A program made the translations under genes and the position numbers. DNA of 64,000 bases from Eledone cirrhosa (Eukaryota), in the NCBI GenBank assembly GCA_964016885.1, contig OZ024741.1, positions 97,216,001 to 97,280,000 on the forward strand, given 5' to 3'. The notes beneath the pieces were generated by a model that was not told where the DNA came from, made no database searches, and worked only from the letters and a program-made list of their open reading frames with translations. Positions 23,500 to 37,955 of the stretch are shown in pieces (position 1 is the stretch's first letter; each line of letters starts with the position of its first letter).

Positions 23500-26400
23500 T
23501 ATTGGCGACCTACGTAGGAAATCGTTTTATCGTGAGCTCCGCAAAGGTTTGTTGTTTTCATTTGTTTCAAATTTCCAGTTAAGGAAAATTTTTGTTGTTA
23601 TGTGTTTATAAGTTCACATATATTGGTTTCTGAAAAGGACAGTAAATAATATTGGTGATTTGAGCCCAACATTTTAAACTTTTATAATTATCAAACAAAA
23701 ACTTTCTTTGAAAAAACATGGACGGCACTCAGCCACACAAAGCTGACAGCCTTCCTAACAAATCAACACCTCCCACCACCACCAATACCACCATTGTAGA
23801 CATTACTACGTTTGCCAACACTAAAAATATAAGCAGTGGCAATAATTTAAATTTGTCACATACAGACATTCATTTCCCGCCATTACCAATAACTGCAGGT
23901 GTTAAAGCCGCCACCCTCACCACCACCACAGGGACAACAGAAAAAAAAAATATTATCTCATGACATCGAAATGTATTCACCCAGAATCGACTCTTCCACG
24001 CCGAACACCACTGACGCCACCCCCACCACCCCACCCCACCACTGAAACTAAAAATAACAATAACAAAAATAACAATAACAACAACAGCAACAACAACAAC
24101 AATGAGAATAACAACAACAACATCAACACCAGCGCAAACCAAAATGTGTCGTCTGCCAAAGCAGCCAAGAAAATCGAAACAATCGAGGTAGGCCAGGATG
24201 AATTAAATGAAGCCAAGAGAATGGTAAAAAAAGATGGGTACAGAGTCAGCCTTACCACCCCCATCTAATAAATGGAGCATCGTTGCCTATGCACTGTGTC
24301 ATACCGGACGATAAACACAAAATCACGCCGAATTGAACGGGCATCCGAGTCCCAGATACAAAAAGCTTTGGGACATGTGTGGGCGAAGAACCCCCGCATC
24401 ATACGTGGGTAGAGATATGGAACCGTGGACGTGTTCTTTGGAACACCACAGGAAGCCAGAGAGCACTCCATGTCCCCATTAAAAAGTGACGACTTCACAC
24501 TCGTCCCAAGCTATTGTGGTTAGAGACTCGTGAAGATCAGGGTGACTCACATTCCACCGGCCTTCAAAATTCCCTGGCTAATGGCTGCCGTCCTCGCCGA
24601 CATCGAGAACAACACGAAAATAATTGAGGTAACAAAAGAAAAGCAGGAGAACTGGTCCGGATCTGGGATGGAGCTTCTGACCCAAGCGAACCAAAAAAAG
24701 AATTAAGGAAGTGATAGACCTCAATGAGGCGGGAGGGGAGTGGCAAACGGTCTGTCACAAAAAAGAAAAAAGAAAACAACCCTTAGTTTCACCGTCAAAA
24801 AGCAAAGGCAAACAAAGAGGGGAAAAGGCTGCAATGAGACTTGCAGCAACACCAACCCCCATCACCACCACCATCACCCCCACAAGCATCACCACCACCA
24901 ACAACCACACCACCACCAGGATCACCAAAAACACCAACATCGCAAACATAACAAAACACACACCCAACAGCAACAACAAGAAAACAGTAACAACATCCCC
25001 TCTCCCCTCCAAAAAAAAGTACACAGCCATAAACATGGCAAATAAAGAACTCTTACAACATATAAAGCAGCACACAGACATCACAGAAGAAAACTACTAC
25101 ACCCACCAACACCAAGAACTCTCCCGAGAAAGATAAACATCTTTGAAAATCAAAATAGAACGTTACAAACTTTTAAAAGAAAAATTCCCAACGCAGAGTG
25201 TCGGTTACCAAGAGGATATACAACGACATCCTCTTGGAAACACCCATGACGGTTCTACTGTCGCTTCACCACACGCTCAAGGTAAGTGATCCTTTCTCAC
25301 TTACCCCATTTCTCATCCAACATGGCGGTACTTAAAATAGTCCGTAGCCTGGGGTCATCTTGGAAGCAGGGTTACCTGCTCAACGACCTCAGCTCACTAA
25401 ACATAGATGTGGTGGCCATCAGCGAGACCAAAATCTCCGAAGCACGAGCCTTCGCACCGACTTCGGGGGCTACGATGTATACGCATCTGCCAGCCGTCTA
25501 GGATCGGGGGGAGGAGTTGCCGTGCTTTTTCGGAGAGGCTTGGATCTCGCCATACTTTCTGGTCCCAGAAGGTAAGTCGGTGGTGGTGGACGTGACCGGC
25601 AGCGAAGGCAATGCTGTCAGGCTAGTAGCCGTCTACGCCCCAACAGAAGCAGGACGGCCAGATTTCTTCAGACGTCTAGAGACCTTTCTTGGAACGTCCC
25701 GCTTTCTCATGTTAGTGGGCGACTGGAACGGTATCTTGGATGCGCGCTGGGATTATATGGGGCTACTAGATAGGCAGGACGGTGTAAAAGCCTCAACATA
25801 CTGCTCAGACGTTTTGAACTGTCTGACAGGTACAGACTGGGTCATCCAGATCGTATTTAGATAGGGTATTATGTAGGGAAACAGATAAGGCTAGTATAGG
25901 TTGTCCACAATTTAAAGTAGTCAACTACACGGACCACACATTTGTGATATTTGAAGGTGACATAGATAGACTCCATAGGCAAAGGCCCGGTTACTGGAAG
26001 CTGAACGCTTCGTTCCCAGCGCGCAAAGCTTACAGAGACTGGATTAGCGAATTAGTTAAGCGTGCGTTGACGGGTACGATGGTCAACAACAGGTGGTGGT
26101 TTACCCTGAAAAGGGCTATTAGAGTAGAATCGATAAGGTTTCGCAAAGGAGTAGTGATTGAGGAAAATAGAGTAGAGGGAGAGCTAGTTAAAAAGCTAGA
26201 AGAGACGTTTAGGACAGGCATTGCAACCGAGGTGCTAGCGTCGTGATTGGCACTCGACCAATTCTTCAACGCAAAGCATGAAGGATGCGTTGTCAGAGCT
26301 AGAACGCGTGCTCTGAGACATGAGGGGACGAAAGCCGTTCAATGAGCTCGGGTGGTGGAGGTGCGACGTCGCAACAAATCCACAATTCGGTCATTGCCTG

Positions 26401-27700
26401 ATCAAAACGGACACATGTTGCTCTAACCCAAGCAGATGTGTGCGGCTTTTCAAGAGCACTTTGATAAATCGTTCAGGAGCGGCGGCGCTCCGGACCGGAG
26501 TATGCACTTCGGTGCGTACCTCGGCGGACTGCCGCGGCACTCGCCGACCACAGCGCAGTGCTGCGAAAAGCCGATAACACCAGGTGAAAACTTGGAAGCA
26601 ATGTCTGACTACACGAGGTGTAAATCGCCAGGTTTGGATGGTCTGCCCTACGAGCTTTATGCGTACATGCCAGACTTATTCGGCGACCTCTTGGCAGATG
26701 TCTACTGCAGCTGGCAGCAGAACGGGTGCATTCCAAGTTTTGTGAGCCGGGGAGCGGTGGGGCTGGATCGCTGCGATGCACTGCGACATCTGCTTGCTTG
26801 TGAGGGTGAATGATCACCTGTCGCAACCGTTTAGCATCATGCACTCGGTCCGCCAGTGTTGCCCCCTCTCGTCCCTCTTGTACGTACTTGTCCTCGAGCC
26901 ATTACTGCACAAATTGGAAACAATGAGGAGGGTCCCTCGAGAACTGGGATGCGGGAGATCCCTGTCAGCTTACGACGTCACCGTGGTGGTGTCGAGCAGC
27001 AAACACGTCCAGATGCTTTGCATCGCTCTCAAGGAATACGAAGCGGTGACAGGAGCAAAGATAATCCAGGAAAAGCCTGTGGGCTTGCAACTCGGCACCT
27101 GGAGAGGCAAGTCCATGCCGTCCAACAGCGTCTTGGGGCGCTGGACAGAAGGGCCGGTTAAATTGCTCGGGATCTGGTTCAGTCCAGACTTCCAACGGAA
27201 AAAACCTGGAGCAAAGTGACGAGCAGGGTGGCTTCTCTCACCCAGAAATGGTCCTAGGGGAGTCTGTCTCATAAAGGTCGGGCATATGTGGCGAATGTGT
27301 ACCTCACGTCCCTCATATGCTACCGTCTGACCGTTTTACCTTGCCCCTGCACAACTCTGACCAAAATGGAGCGCCTTCTCTTCCGCTTTTCGTGGAAGGG
27401 ACGTGCTCCCATGATCAAACGATTATTTGCTGTCAGAACCTGTTGCGTGGAGGACTGGGCATGCTGGGTCTGATGATGCGCAAACATGCGCTGAGGCTGC
27501 GATATCTCTAGTGCTTCCTCGACGGTGAACAGGTGTGGTCGCTGTTTGCCAGACACGCTTTTCCCGCACCGCATCTCCTTGACGGAGCTGCAGTCCTGGA
27601 TAAGGAAAAGACCGAGGGTTAGCGCCTGGAAGCTGGAATGTCTCAAAGCGCTCACCGCCTTCTAGCAGCTGGGCACTTATATCAGCTTCCCCCTCCAATT
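23500..27700 (+). mobile_element. Tx1/L1-clade LINE, decayed, with ORF1 and APE-RT ORF2 remnants
   Basis: DVVAISETK, GGGVAVLF, VAVYAP, GDWNGILD, YWKLN, KSPGLDGLPYELY, SVRQCCPLSSLLYVLVLEPLL; frameshifts, stops and an RT deletion near 26760; T/N-rich ORF1 pieces at 23718-25270. Confidence 0.9.
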
Positions 27701-27929
27701 ATGTCTTGTGGCTGACCACTCTCTTTATCTGATCCTTCATTTCCTTCCTCTATTATATTTAGGTCATTTTCCACTCCATGCTTCATCGCAATAAATTCTG
27801 TATCTGTGAGTGTATTCTTTCTGAAGATATCGTTCATAACATTTGTTAACAAGTTTTCGTCGACATAACGCCTGCTATCTTGACTTTTAAAATCTCAATA
27901 TTCTATAAGGATTTGCGGTGTCTCCCTCT

Positions 27930-28020
27930 TTATTACCCAGTGCATTACTACTACTTTATTTTATCGACTCCGTAAGGATGAAAGGCAAAGTTAACCTCGG
28001 TGGGATTTGAACTCAGAATG
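27930..28020 (-). mobile_element. SINE fragment
   Basis: ggatgaaaggcaaagttaacctcggtgggatttgaactcagaa. Confidence 0.75.
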
Positions 28021-29071
28021 CCTAATAATAAGCGTGTGTTACCTCTTTGTACTTTTCCCCGGATCATTTGTTCATTTTACATGTTTCTTTTGGAGATAGA
28101 TATGGTGTTAAACTTGCGGGATATCATTAAGTCAAACTAAATTTCCCGGCTCTCTGGGTAAAAGCGATTTTTAGATAGCGAGCACCCGTCTATTCAAATA
28201 CGTAAAAGTAATAATACTCTTCTTCTTTCCTGATATATACACGCATATATTGATCTATGTAGTTATACACCAATGTATGCTACATGCACACTGTTGGAAT
28301 TATCATTTTATCTGTTAGACACGCAGTGACTATCAACAGAATGTGTTAAGTCTGCATGTCTGACATATATGCGTAGCTTGTGAATAAAAATTTCAAGGGG
28401 TTTCGCTGGCTGTGGTGATCCCTGCCAAACATCTTTTGTAATGTATTGTAAATTATTGGCTAATTTCATCGTCTTATTGGCTAATCAACCAATGACAGTA
28501 ATTGTTCCTCAAAAGCATCCGCCACTTTGTTTGCACGTTTATTTATCGTTTCGCTTTCGAATCTTCCTCCTGTATTTCGTCGTTTTATCTTCAAAATATT
28601 TTTTCTGGTTTTGGTAAGTTATATTGTTAATTTATATATGATTTTTTAAATTTATATTAACTGGGTTTTTTTCAGTTCGTTATAACATGCTTATAATATT
28701 GGTTGTATCATATTTACTTGTATATTTGTCCATATTATTGTTCATTTTATGTTAGGTTAGATTATTTTATTATTATTATGTTAGATTATTTTTTAAATTA
28801 TTATGTTAGACTATTTGTATGTAATATTTAATTTTTATTAATTCAACTATAACAATTATTATGTAAAATATATTTATTTAATATTGATTGATTTTTGTAG
28901 TTGTTTATAATAAAAGTCTGAAAATATTTTTATACGTCTTACAATAATATTTATAAGATCATTTATAAAATAACAAATATATAATCTAATAACATCACAA
29001 CGATAATTTATTATTAATATATATCATGTTTAACTCGAGTTATTACAAACGTTGCCTTAAAAAAATGTTAA

Positions 29072-29485
29072 ACTAGACCTGAAAAATGCGCAAGCTCAAA
29101 AGAGCCACAGAATGCTATAATAAACCTTGAAAAGTGTGGGACTAGAGTTGTTGCTCAAAAATATTGTAATCACTCTGTGGCATCCTTTTATGAAAAAGAG
29201 ACTCATAACGAATTCAAGACGACACGATAATAATTTAAGTGAATTTATAATATAGAATGCGGTTTAAGTGCATTTCCTATTAATCATTACTAAACATCTA
29301 ATATGAGATATTGAACATTAGCTTAAATAATTATCGTGTTGTCTTGAGTTCGTTATGAGCCTCTTTTTTTATAAAACGATGCCACAGAGTGTACATTTTT
29401 TAGCAACAACTCTAGTCCCACTCTTTTGAATGTTTATTATAACATTCTGTGGCTCTTTTGAGCTTGAGCATTTTTCAGGTCTAGT
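29072..29485. mobile_element. MITE/fold-back element with ~165-bp TIRs
   Basis: ctagacctgaaaaatgc... and ...gcatttttcaggtctag inverted arms around an ~80-bp spacer; no HHR seen. Confidence 0.75.
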
Positions 29486-30405
29486 ATATATCTTCATCGT
29501 GAGAATTTTTTTCTCTTTGGAAATTGTATATTTTGGTCTAGCTTACAATCCCTTACCATGTATAAAACAGAAAGCTATTATGTTATAATATCGATTCTAT
29601 ATATATTCAGTGTCTTAAAAACTGAAAACATTTTTTAAAAATATAAATACACATAATTGTAATAAAAAAGATTTATATCTTTATGTCGATATCTCTCACA
29701 ATCTTAATTCTTATAGATGAATCTTCTTTACTCCCCTGGACAGTCTTTTTTTCAATTCTATTTTTGTTTCTTTCTTCCATTTCACACTACCACGCTGTCC
29801 TCCCATTATTCCCTTTTTGAAGTCATTAATTGAATTAATTCTCTTGCATTTGTTATTCTTTCTCAAGGTATTTTTTAAAGTTACTCTCTGTTCTATTCAC
29901 ATTCTTTTCCATGTATATATATTTTATAAATGAAAGGAAACAATGTTGAATGCTAAGTACACTTTAGTCATGCACGATTTAATGCAACTGTATTAGCGAT
30001 GAGAAATGTTTTCCTTACTCACTCTAAATGAGTTAGCTATCAAACAAAGTCTATAAAACCTAGAGTGGAACATTTAGTCCCACCAAATTTATAACATCTT
30101 CTACATTACCAATTCTTTGCTTAAACCTATTCTATATATTTAGCAAAATAGTAAGGAAGTGTATGAAGGCGAGTAAGGAAGTGTATGAAGGCGAAGCCAT
30201 TCAAAAGATTGAACTTACAAATGATGCATGATCCTGCGACCTGTCTCGCAGGGAAACGACACCTATTGATCAATACCTCGGCTAGTAACAATTAGAGTAA
30301 CAAATGATGATCTCTATCTCCCTCGCTCCCTCTCTCTCCCTCTATATATCTATATATCTATATATATATATATATCTCTATATATATATATCAATCTCTT
30401 ATTTA

Positions 30406-30535
<130 letters not shown>

Positions 30536-31582
30536 ATAAGGAGGGAGAGATTGTGAGAGTGTGTGTTTCAATTGAAAGAACTCGTGTTTACTCACCTACA
30601 TCGTTTCTTTTCTATTTCTAAACGATTCCGTTGATGTTGTCTAGTCTCATGATTCTCTCGAGCGCCTAAACAGATTTTGCTATAAAAATGTGTGTATCTA
30701 CGTGCACGTGTAGGTACGTGTCCGCTTTTGTGTGTGGTGTGTGTATGCTGTATATGTGTGGCATCCAAAATCGAATGTTCTACTACATTTTCTAACAATG
30801 GAAGTGCCTGTTGTTGAAAAGTAAATGCATCAAAAATTGATTCGTTGTGTGATATGCTGTAACATTGCATGATGTAACATTGTGAAGTATGATACACTAA
30901 ACGAGCTGTAGTGATTGTATATGTATAGGTTTTAGAGATAGAGGGACATATATATTGATAGATATATCGATTAATAGATAACACAGACACTCACGCAGAG
31001 ACACGGAACCCTCACGTATATATGTGTGTGTATGCACACATAAATAATGAAACAAACGACACAGTACAATGCTATGCTGAAATATATATATATTAATGGT
31101 ATATATCTTCAGTTTATTACATCATCCTGTTATGCCAATTTCAAAGTCATCAAATTATGCAGGTTTGCAGCCTGAATAAAAACATTGAGTTCCATATTAT
31201 GGCAAGCGTATGAAAAATAAAAAAAGAAAATTACATTGCACCTAAATAACTGTCAGATGACAATACACCAAGTAATTCCTACTCAACAACTTTGATGTCT
31301 TTGAAATGTGTAAATCAGAATGATATAAAATGCTGAAGGTGTATACATGATACCGAACCCTTCGTTTATATAATATTGAATTTCCGTCTGATATCACAAG
31401 GACTATATATAATATAATTACATCCCAATCGGTCCATTTCTTGACCAACTAATGCTGATTATTTTGAATTATTTATATGTATCTTCTGCGTCCACAGATT
31501 GATTTTTGGGGTTTCATAATATCCCGTTAAACTTTAATCTATTATTTTAATAAATATATATATATATATGTATATGTATATA

Positions 31583-31631
<49 letters not shown>

Positions 31632-31634
31632 AGA

Positions 31635-31960
31635 AGGAACACATGAGTTGGAATATTACCCACCATCCTTAATCAACAATGGATTCCAACGTGCCGTAAA
31701 ACTCAATATCCAGGAACTTACACACCCAAACCCAGGAATGAATCGAAACAGAATACTCTACCATACATTTCCACACACAACCCCCTCAACAATGAGGCAT
31801 TCGACACCATCCTCCAGAACATTCCTTTACTAAAAAGAGACCCAAGAATGAATAAAATCCTCCAAACACACAACATCATAAAGAGCAAGAGACAACCCAA
31901 ATAAGGAAACGTACTTCATTAACAAATTCCAACCTCTACTTAATGGACTAAACTTCGGAC
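31635..31960 (+). pseudogene. Internally deleted PLE RT-linker/GIY-YIG remnant
   Basis: YPPSLINNGFQRA; after frameshift LPYISTHNPLNNEAF...IPLLKRDPRMNKIL...IIKSKRQP; then KETYFINKFQPLLN. Confidence 0.7.
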
Positions 31961-32617
31961 TAAATTATAGCTAGAATGAACAATGAACCCTAGACTCAAA
32001 TTTCTGTGTTCTCTAAAAAGTTACCTTCCTAAGACCCTACCTATTCCTTTTTCTTATATAAATGAATTAGCCCCTCTCCTCTCTTTCTCCAAAGTGAATT
32101 ACATCCGCCTGCATATTAATTCTCTAAAAAGGGAAAACACATCCAGTCTCGGACGGCCATTTGCCTCCTCCAAGAATGAATATCTGAACTGCTTGTCTTC
32201 AAAAACCACGTTTGTAAATAACATTATTCTTTCTTTCCTACTTCCTTAACATGTTTAACATCACATTATTTTGTCTTCAAAAGCCATGTTTGTAAATAAT
32301 ATTATTCTTTCTTTCCCATTTCCTTAACATGTTTAAGATCACCTTATTTTCTCTTCTACATTTTCTACAAACACAAATTCATTTTTTCTCTCTCTGACTC
32401 ACATAATTTAAAATGCATAAAATGCTGAAACCGGTAATTGATATATTATTAAATAAATAAATAAATAAATAAATGGTATTGTTAATTAATAAATAAATTA
32501 ATTAATATTTTGACACTTCACACAAAGTGAAATAATTTGTTTTAACATTTTCTAACCGAGAAAAAGGAAAAAAATAACGGAAAAAATGTTTTTCTTCCTA
32601 ATAATCGTTTTTTTTCG

Positions 32618-32729
<112 letters not shown>

Positions 32730-33714
32730 CGAGAAAATGAGATGGGGAGAATTGAAGGTAGGTAAACATGAAAACCCAGATATATTTTCTAGTTCTTAGC
32801 AAAAGTCTATAAAATTAAAGTACGCATGATGTATTTATGATCGTAAAATTATATACATCTCTAATACCCACACACACAGAAACCCACACACACACTCACA
32901 CACACATATATTCCTTCATACACATACGTACATACATACATGCATACATACACGTATCTTTGTAAAGATCGTATGATAGGAAATCATTTTTAAGAATATT
33001 ATTAGAGAGAATATTTATGAGTCGTAAATGATTTTTTGAAATAGATATTTTTTTGTAAGAGATATTTGCCAATTTATCAAATTAAATCTAATTGTAATTT
33101 TATATTTAAAGAAAGCAGGGTCGACGTAGCATTTATAGAAATGTTATACATAAAATATAAAGAAAGAGTTAATGTGAAAAGAAACTAAAGAGAAACATTA
33201 ATTAAGGTTTCGATCTTGTTTAATCAATGTGCTATTTACGACATATATTTTGCATTCTACAATATTACAATGAATAGCAATTCGTTCGACCTAGTTTCAC
33301 AAATTTCTCAATTATACTTTCTATATTTCAATGAATGAAACTTTAACCAAAGAACAGGAAAATAAATATCATCAGATTAAATAACATTAAAAATTCTTTG
33401 AAACGAATAAAATGTTTATTCAGCAAATTTAAAAATTTGAATTCATCTTTTTGATGTTATTTTTCGGTGAACCTCCGAGTTATTTTAGATAAAATATCTT
33501 ACATCAAAATAGATATTTGTAAATAAAACAAATTATAAGATAAATAATAATATTAGATATTTGAACATTAATCCGGGCCCGCCCCACTTTTATTTTGAGG
33601 GAGTCAGTTTCGTTTTTCGGAGATGATGTATGTTACTGCATCGATAATGGTCAGAAGATGTCCGTGACTAAATCAACATATTCTTAAAATATTGTTTGTC
33701 TTGTAAATTTTATC

Positions 33715-34200
33715 TCATCCAACATTTCTATACTGCAGGGCTGGAATGAAAATCATTGCAGCTAAAACTGAGCCACTTGTTCCCTCAAGGAAGTTTGTGC
33801 AATCCTTTCCACATATAAATAGATTTCTACTGAAGCACGGGGTGATGTTCAAGTATTGTGGAGCCGTGATCTCGAATGATGGAAGGCGATGGGCCAGGAT
33901 CAGCATTCAGTAATTAGAAGAAGGGGGGGGAGTTAAAAGTAAAACTCGCAATCTTCAATTCGGTATTCGTGCCAACACTCATCTATAGACATGAATCTAG
34001 AGTAATGACAGAAAGAATGCAATTCCGAATAAAAACACCCGAAATGGGGTTCCCCGAAGGCTCTTTGGAGCAACATTACACGATAGTGTCTAAAGCGCAG
34101 AGATCGGAGAGTCAATTCATGTAGAACCACTAGTTCTCTGAATTAAGAGATACTATAGGCATGTTGTCGGAACATCTCACGAAAAAATGCTTAACCTTAG
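33715..34200 (+). pseudogene. RTE-clade LINE RT C-terminal fragment
   Basis: FKYCGAVISNDG; KVKLAIFNSVFVPTLIYRHES...EMGF; VEPL. Confidence 0.7.
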
Positions 34201-34284
34201 GCTTCGTGGTCTAGTTATGTCCACAACTCTATAGTGGGTTCTTGCCTCTTGTCAGATGTTATTTTCTTTTGGAATCCAGACCTA

Positions 34285-34364
<80 letters not shown>

Positions 34365-34429
34365 TATACATATACTTTAACTTTGATAGGTTTCGGTCAG
34401 TATTGGGCCAAGCAATGTTTAACTTAACA

Positions 34430-34815
34430 GCACCACCTGACCATGTCTTTCAAATTAGGATTTGGACATCATGGTTCACTCAACTAGAGAGTTCTTGTTT
34501 ACGGAGACATATCCGGGAGTAGGAAGTTTATCCGGGATTTATTGAAGGAATTTGTCCAAAACCTTTTGAGAACCCAGGAATACATTCTTTGAGCCATGTC
34601 AACTTTGCTGTTTATATGTGTGGCCCAGGTTGTTTGTTCACAATTAGTCCCAAGTCTCTGATGCCACGAGAATTTCACTCGAATGAAGGGTGAAGGGCGG
34701 TTTCAGTGCATCCTCTTTTCCAAAGTGTATTAACTCAACTGTAGGTCTGATTGAAGGCATGTCCAGTGACCCATTTCATAGATGACCTCCTGGAGCTCGG
34801 AATCATCTGCAAAGA
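34430..34815 (-). pseudogene. CR1/Jockey-group LINE RT fragment
   Basis: FADDSEL...LQSDL; RDLGLIV; WATHINSKVDMAQRM. Confidence 0.65.
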
Positions 34816-34932
34816 TTCCTATACACATATATATAAATACATATATATATATATATACACACAAATATATATATATATAAATACATATATATATATACAC
34901 ACAAATATATATATATATATATTATATATATA

Positions 34933-34982
<50 letters not shown>

Positions 34983-35215
34983 TTGTTTTGCAAAGTTTTT
35001 GATATAAAATCGTGTGTCGAAACAAATATTGTTATACTTGGGGAGGGTCATATTGTAATAATATTGCCAGAAATAATAACATAATTCACTCACTGATTGT
35101 TTTTGTTTTCGCTTCTCTATCTTTTATATCTCCATAGTTAACTTATTTGGCAATCAATGTTTATCATTGATAGAACATCACTTAAAAATACAGACATAAA
35201 TATACATATATAGTC

Positions 35216-35259
35216 TATCAAAGGTCTTTCGTCACACATCTGCGGCATCATCAGTGGTA
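35216..35259 (-). ncRNA. Slightly decayed hammerhead motif
   Basis: UACCA CUGAUGA U GCCGCA GAUG UGUGAC GAAA GACC UU UGAUA. Confidence 0.65.
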
Positions 35260-35502
35260 CTATTATGTGTCTTCCCGTTGTATTGTAAAGCCTACGCCAT
35301 TTTTATTTTATTTATTTATTTATTTATTTATTTATCTATTTTTGTCTCTGCGCATGCATTTGAGTGTCTGTTTAATGTTTTGGTGTGCGTGTTCTCGTTT
35401 GAGTGTATGTGGTTTTGTTTTTGTATTCTATCTTTGTTCACTAGTGTGTGTTAATATGTGTTTCTTATTATTGTACTTATATATATATATATATATATAT
35501 AT

Positions 35503-35710
35503 AACGAAGGAAATGTGGTAAGGAACCAGGTGGGCCATAACGCACCAAAGTACTCAATACTTAGGGTAGTAGAGTGGGTAATAGGAACGAGTAGGACCCC
35601 GACGGCTGAGCTCAAGCCGTATCGACGGCTAATTCTGGACGCTAATTCAGTCCAGAATTAGCCGTCGAAACGGCTTGAGCTCAGCCGTCGGGGTCCTACT
35701 CGTTCCTATA
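35503..35710. mobile_element. Fold-back element with the 3' half of an HHR-like motif
   Basis: Palindrome ~35581-35709 centred near 35645; GCCGUC GAAA CGGC UU GAGCUC. Confidence 0.75.
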
Positions 35711-35726
35711 TATATATATATATATT

Positions 35727-35890
35727 TATTAAAATAACAGATTAAAGTTTAAGGGTGAAAGCTGCGATTCTTTGCTTAAACTTTAATCTGTTATTATAAT
35801 AAATATTTGCTCTAGGGTTCTTATATATTTGATATATATTTATCCTTATCGAGCCCTCTTTGGAATTTAGTCTTTACATTTTTTATTATT
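35727..35890 (+). mobile_element. Miniature fold-back copy of the 5871-8470 pLTR
   Basis: ~25-bp inverted arm, then aagggtgaaagc.gcgattctttgcttaaac and the family tail. Confidence 0.8.
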
Positions 35891-35917
35891 GCTATATTTA
35901 TATATATATAAATATAT

Positions 35918-36291
35918 ATCACAGAAAAAAAGAGAATAAGTGTTGCGACGAATGGAATTTTTTGGACATATTACAATCGTTTCTCTGGCGACCAGCTCGA
36001 GGCACGATCGATGTGATGATCGAACCTGACTCTGAAAATCGCAAGCTCCTCAGATATCTCTTGATTCTACGAAGCAGATATTCCTTGCGATTTTCAGAGT
36101 CAGGTTCGCTCATCACATCGGTTGTGGATCGAGCTGGTCGCCAGAGAAACGATTGTAATATATGTTCCAAAAATGCCATTCGTCGCAACACTGATTCTCT
36201 TTTTTTCTGTGATATCATACTCTGCCCTATGAGAGCATCGCGTGTTCATGCGGCCTAACGCATACGGACGCTTTAATCATCCAACACTAAT

Positions 36292-36295
<4 letters not shown>
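35918..36295. mobile_element. Fold-back element with extended-stem-II HHR at 35965-36060 (-)
   Basis: Inverted arms 35918-36082 and 36083-36212 plus tail; GAGAUAU CUGAGGA G CUUGCGA...UCGCCAG A GAAA CGAUUG UA AUAUGUC. Confidence 0.8.
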
Positions 36296-36331
<36 letters not shown>

Positions 36332-36347
36332 ACTACATATATACAAG

Positions 36348-36409
<62 letters not shown>

Positions 36410-36425
36410 ACTACATATATACAAG

Positions 36426-36511
<86 letters not shown>

Positions 36512-36515
<4 letters not shown>

Positions 36516-36940
36516 GTATGGTTGCTACGATGCGTCCATAGGCGGTATGACGGTTGAGCACTCTAGGCTGCCTCGGAGCAGAGTATGATAATATGGAAAA
36601 CGAAGAATCAGTGATGATCGGAACGCAATTTATTTAGTATTATAATTGTTTCTCCGGCGAACAGTTTGATGTGCGATCTGTTTGTGGATCGAACCTGACT
36701 CTTGATTCGCAAGTTACGCAGATACGTCTGATGGCAGATGATAAAGATTCGAAGGGTTGGAGTCGGAGTCCAGCACAAAGAGAATTTGCATCAAAATAAC
36801 TAGACGAATCTGAGGAACTTGCGAATCCAGAGTCAGCTTCGATCCACAAATAGATTGCACCTCGAGATGTTCGCCGGAGAAACAATTGTAATACGTAATA
36901 AATTGTGTTCCGATGTATTACTGATTCTTCGTTTTCCATG

Positions 36941-36942
<2 letters not shown>
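36512..36942. mobile_element. Diverged fold-back relative with HHR at 36804-36896 (+)
   Basis: Inverted arms ~36593-36730 and ~36801-36940; ACGAAU CUGAGGA...GAAA CAAUUG UA AUACGU. Confidence 0.75.
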
Positions 36943-36998
<56 letters not shown>

Positions 36999-37029
36999 TT
37001 ATTTATTTACCATTTATATTTCCCTTAGG

Positions 37030-37380
37030 TGAGTATTGTTTGTTTGGGTATGGTTGTTGTTGTTATTCCATTCATTCTTTCTGTTCAACTTTGGTATTCT
37101 TAGTTCTATCTCAGTTGCTTCTCTGATTTGCCTACCTGTTGAGTCATTCCTAGGCTTAGATATTATTTCAATTTCTATGTTGTCTATTTTACAGTCATGT
37201 CTTTGTCTGAACCGTTTTTTTTGTCCTTTTAGTCCCCCCTAGTGTTGGTCTATTCTTTCTCCTATGCTTTGATCTGTCTCACTTATGTATGACGTTGTCA
37301 TGTTTCTGCAAGTACCCTCTGTTCATCTTACGCTATAGACAACATTTCTAATTTTACAATTTATCTGGGGGTTAATTCTA
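37030..37380 (-). pseudogene. PLE GIY-YIG endonuclease remnant (absent from ORF track)
   Basis: One frame: NCKIRNVVYSVR*TEGTCRNMTTSYISETDQSIGERIDQH*...RQIREATEIELRIPKLNRKNEW. Confidence 0.8.
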
Positions 37381-37404
37381 CACATAACACATTTCTTATT
37401 CGTA

Positions 37405-37715
37405 CAGTGGGTCAATTGAATCGAATTTCACCTATCCCGACCCCAAATTGCTGGCCTTGTGCCTAAATCAGAAACCACTATTATTATTATTGATATTACT
37501 AAGTGGAAGATTGGTATTATCGGTAGATTGTTGGACAACATGCTTCGCAGCATAGTGTTTCCACCCTTTACGTTCCTATCTCAAATCCTCCTGTGGTTAG
37601 ATTTGACTTTTATCCGTACCGGTTCGGTAGAATAAGAACCAGTAACGTGCTGGGTTCGATTTAATTGACTCTCCCCTCCCGTAAAATTGCTGGCCTTACT
37701 TAAATCAGAAACCAA
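37405..37715 (+). mobile_element. Two adjacent decayed SINE copies
   Basis: aaattgctggcctt 3' motif occurs twice; attggtattatcggtag head. Confidence 0.6.
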
Positions 37716-37845
37716 TGCTATTTTCCATATGTGGTAGATGGAACAGATTCGTTTATTCTAAAAAGGAATTAGTCTCCTGATTTTTTCATTAAAAAATAAA
37801 AAAATGCTTCCCCGCTTCACTTTACTACGCAAATTAAAATATATA

Positions 37846-37955
<110 letters not shown>

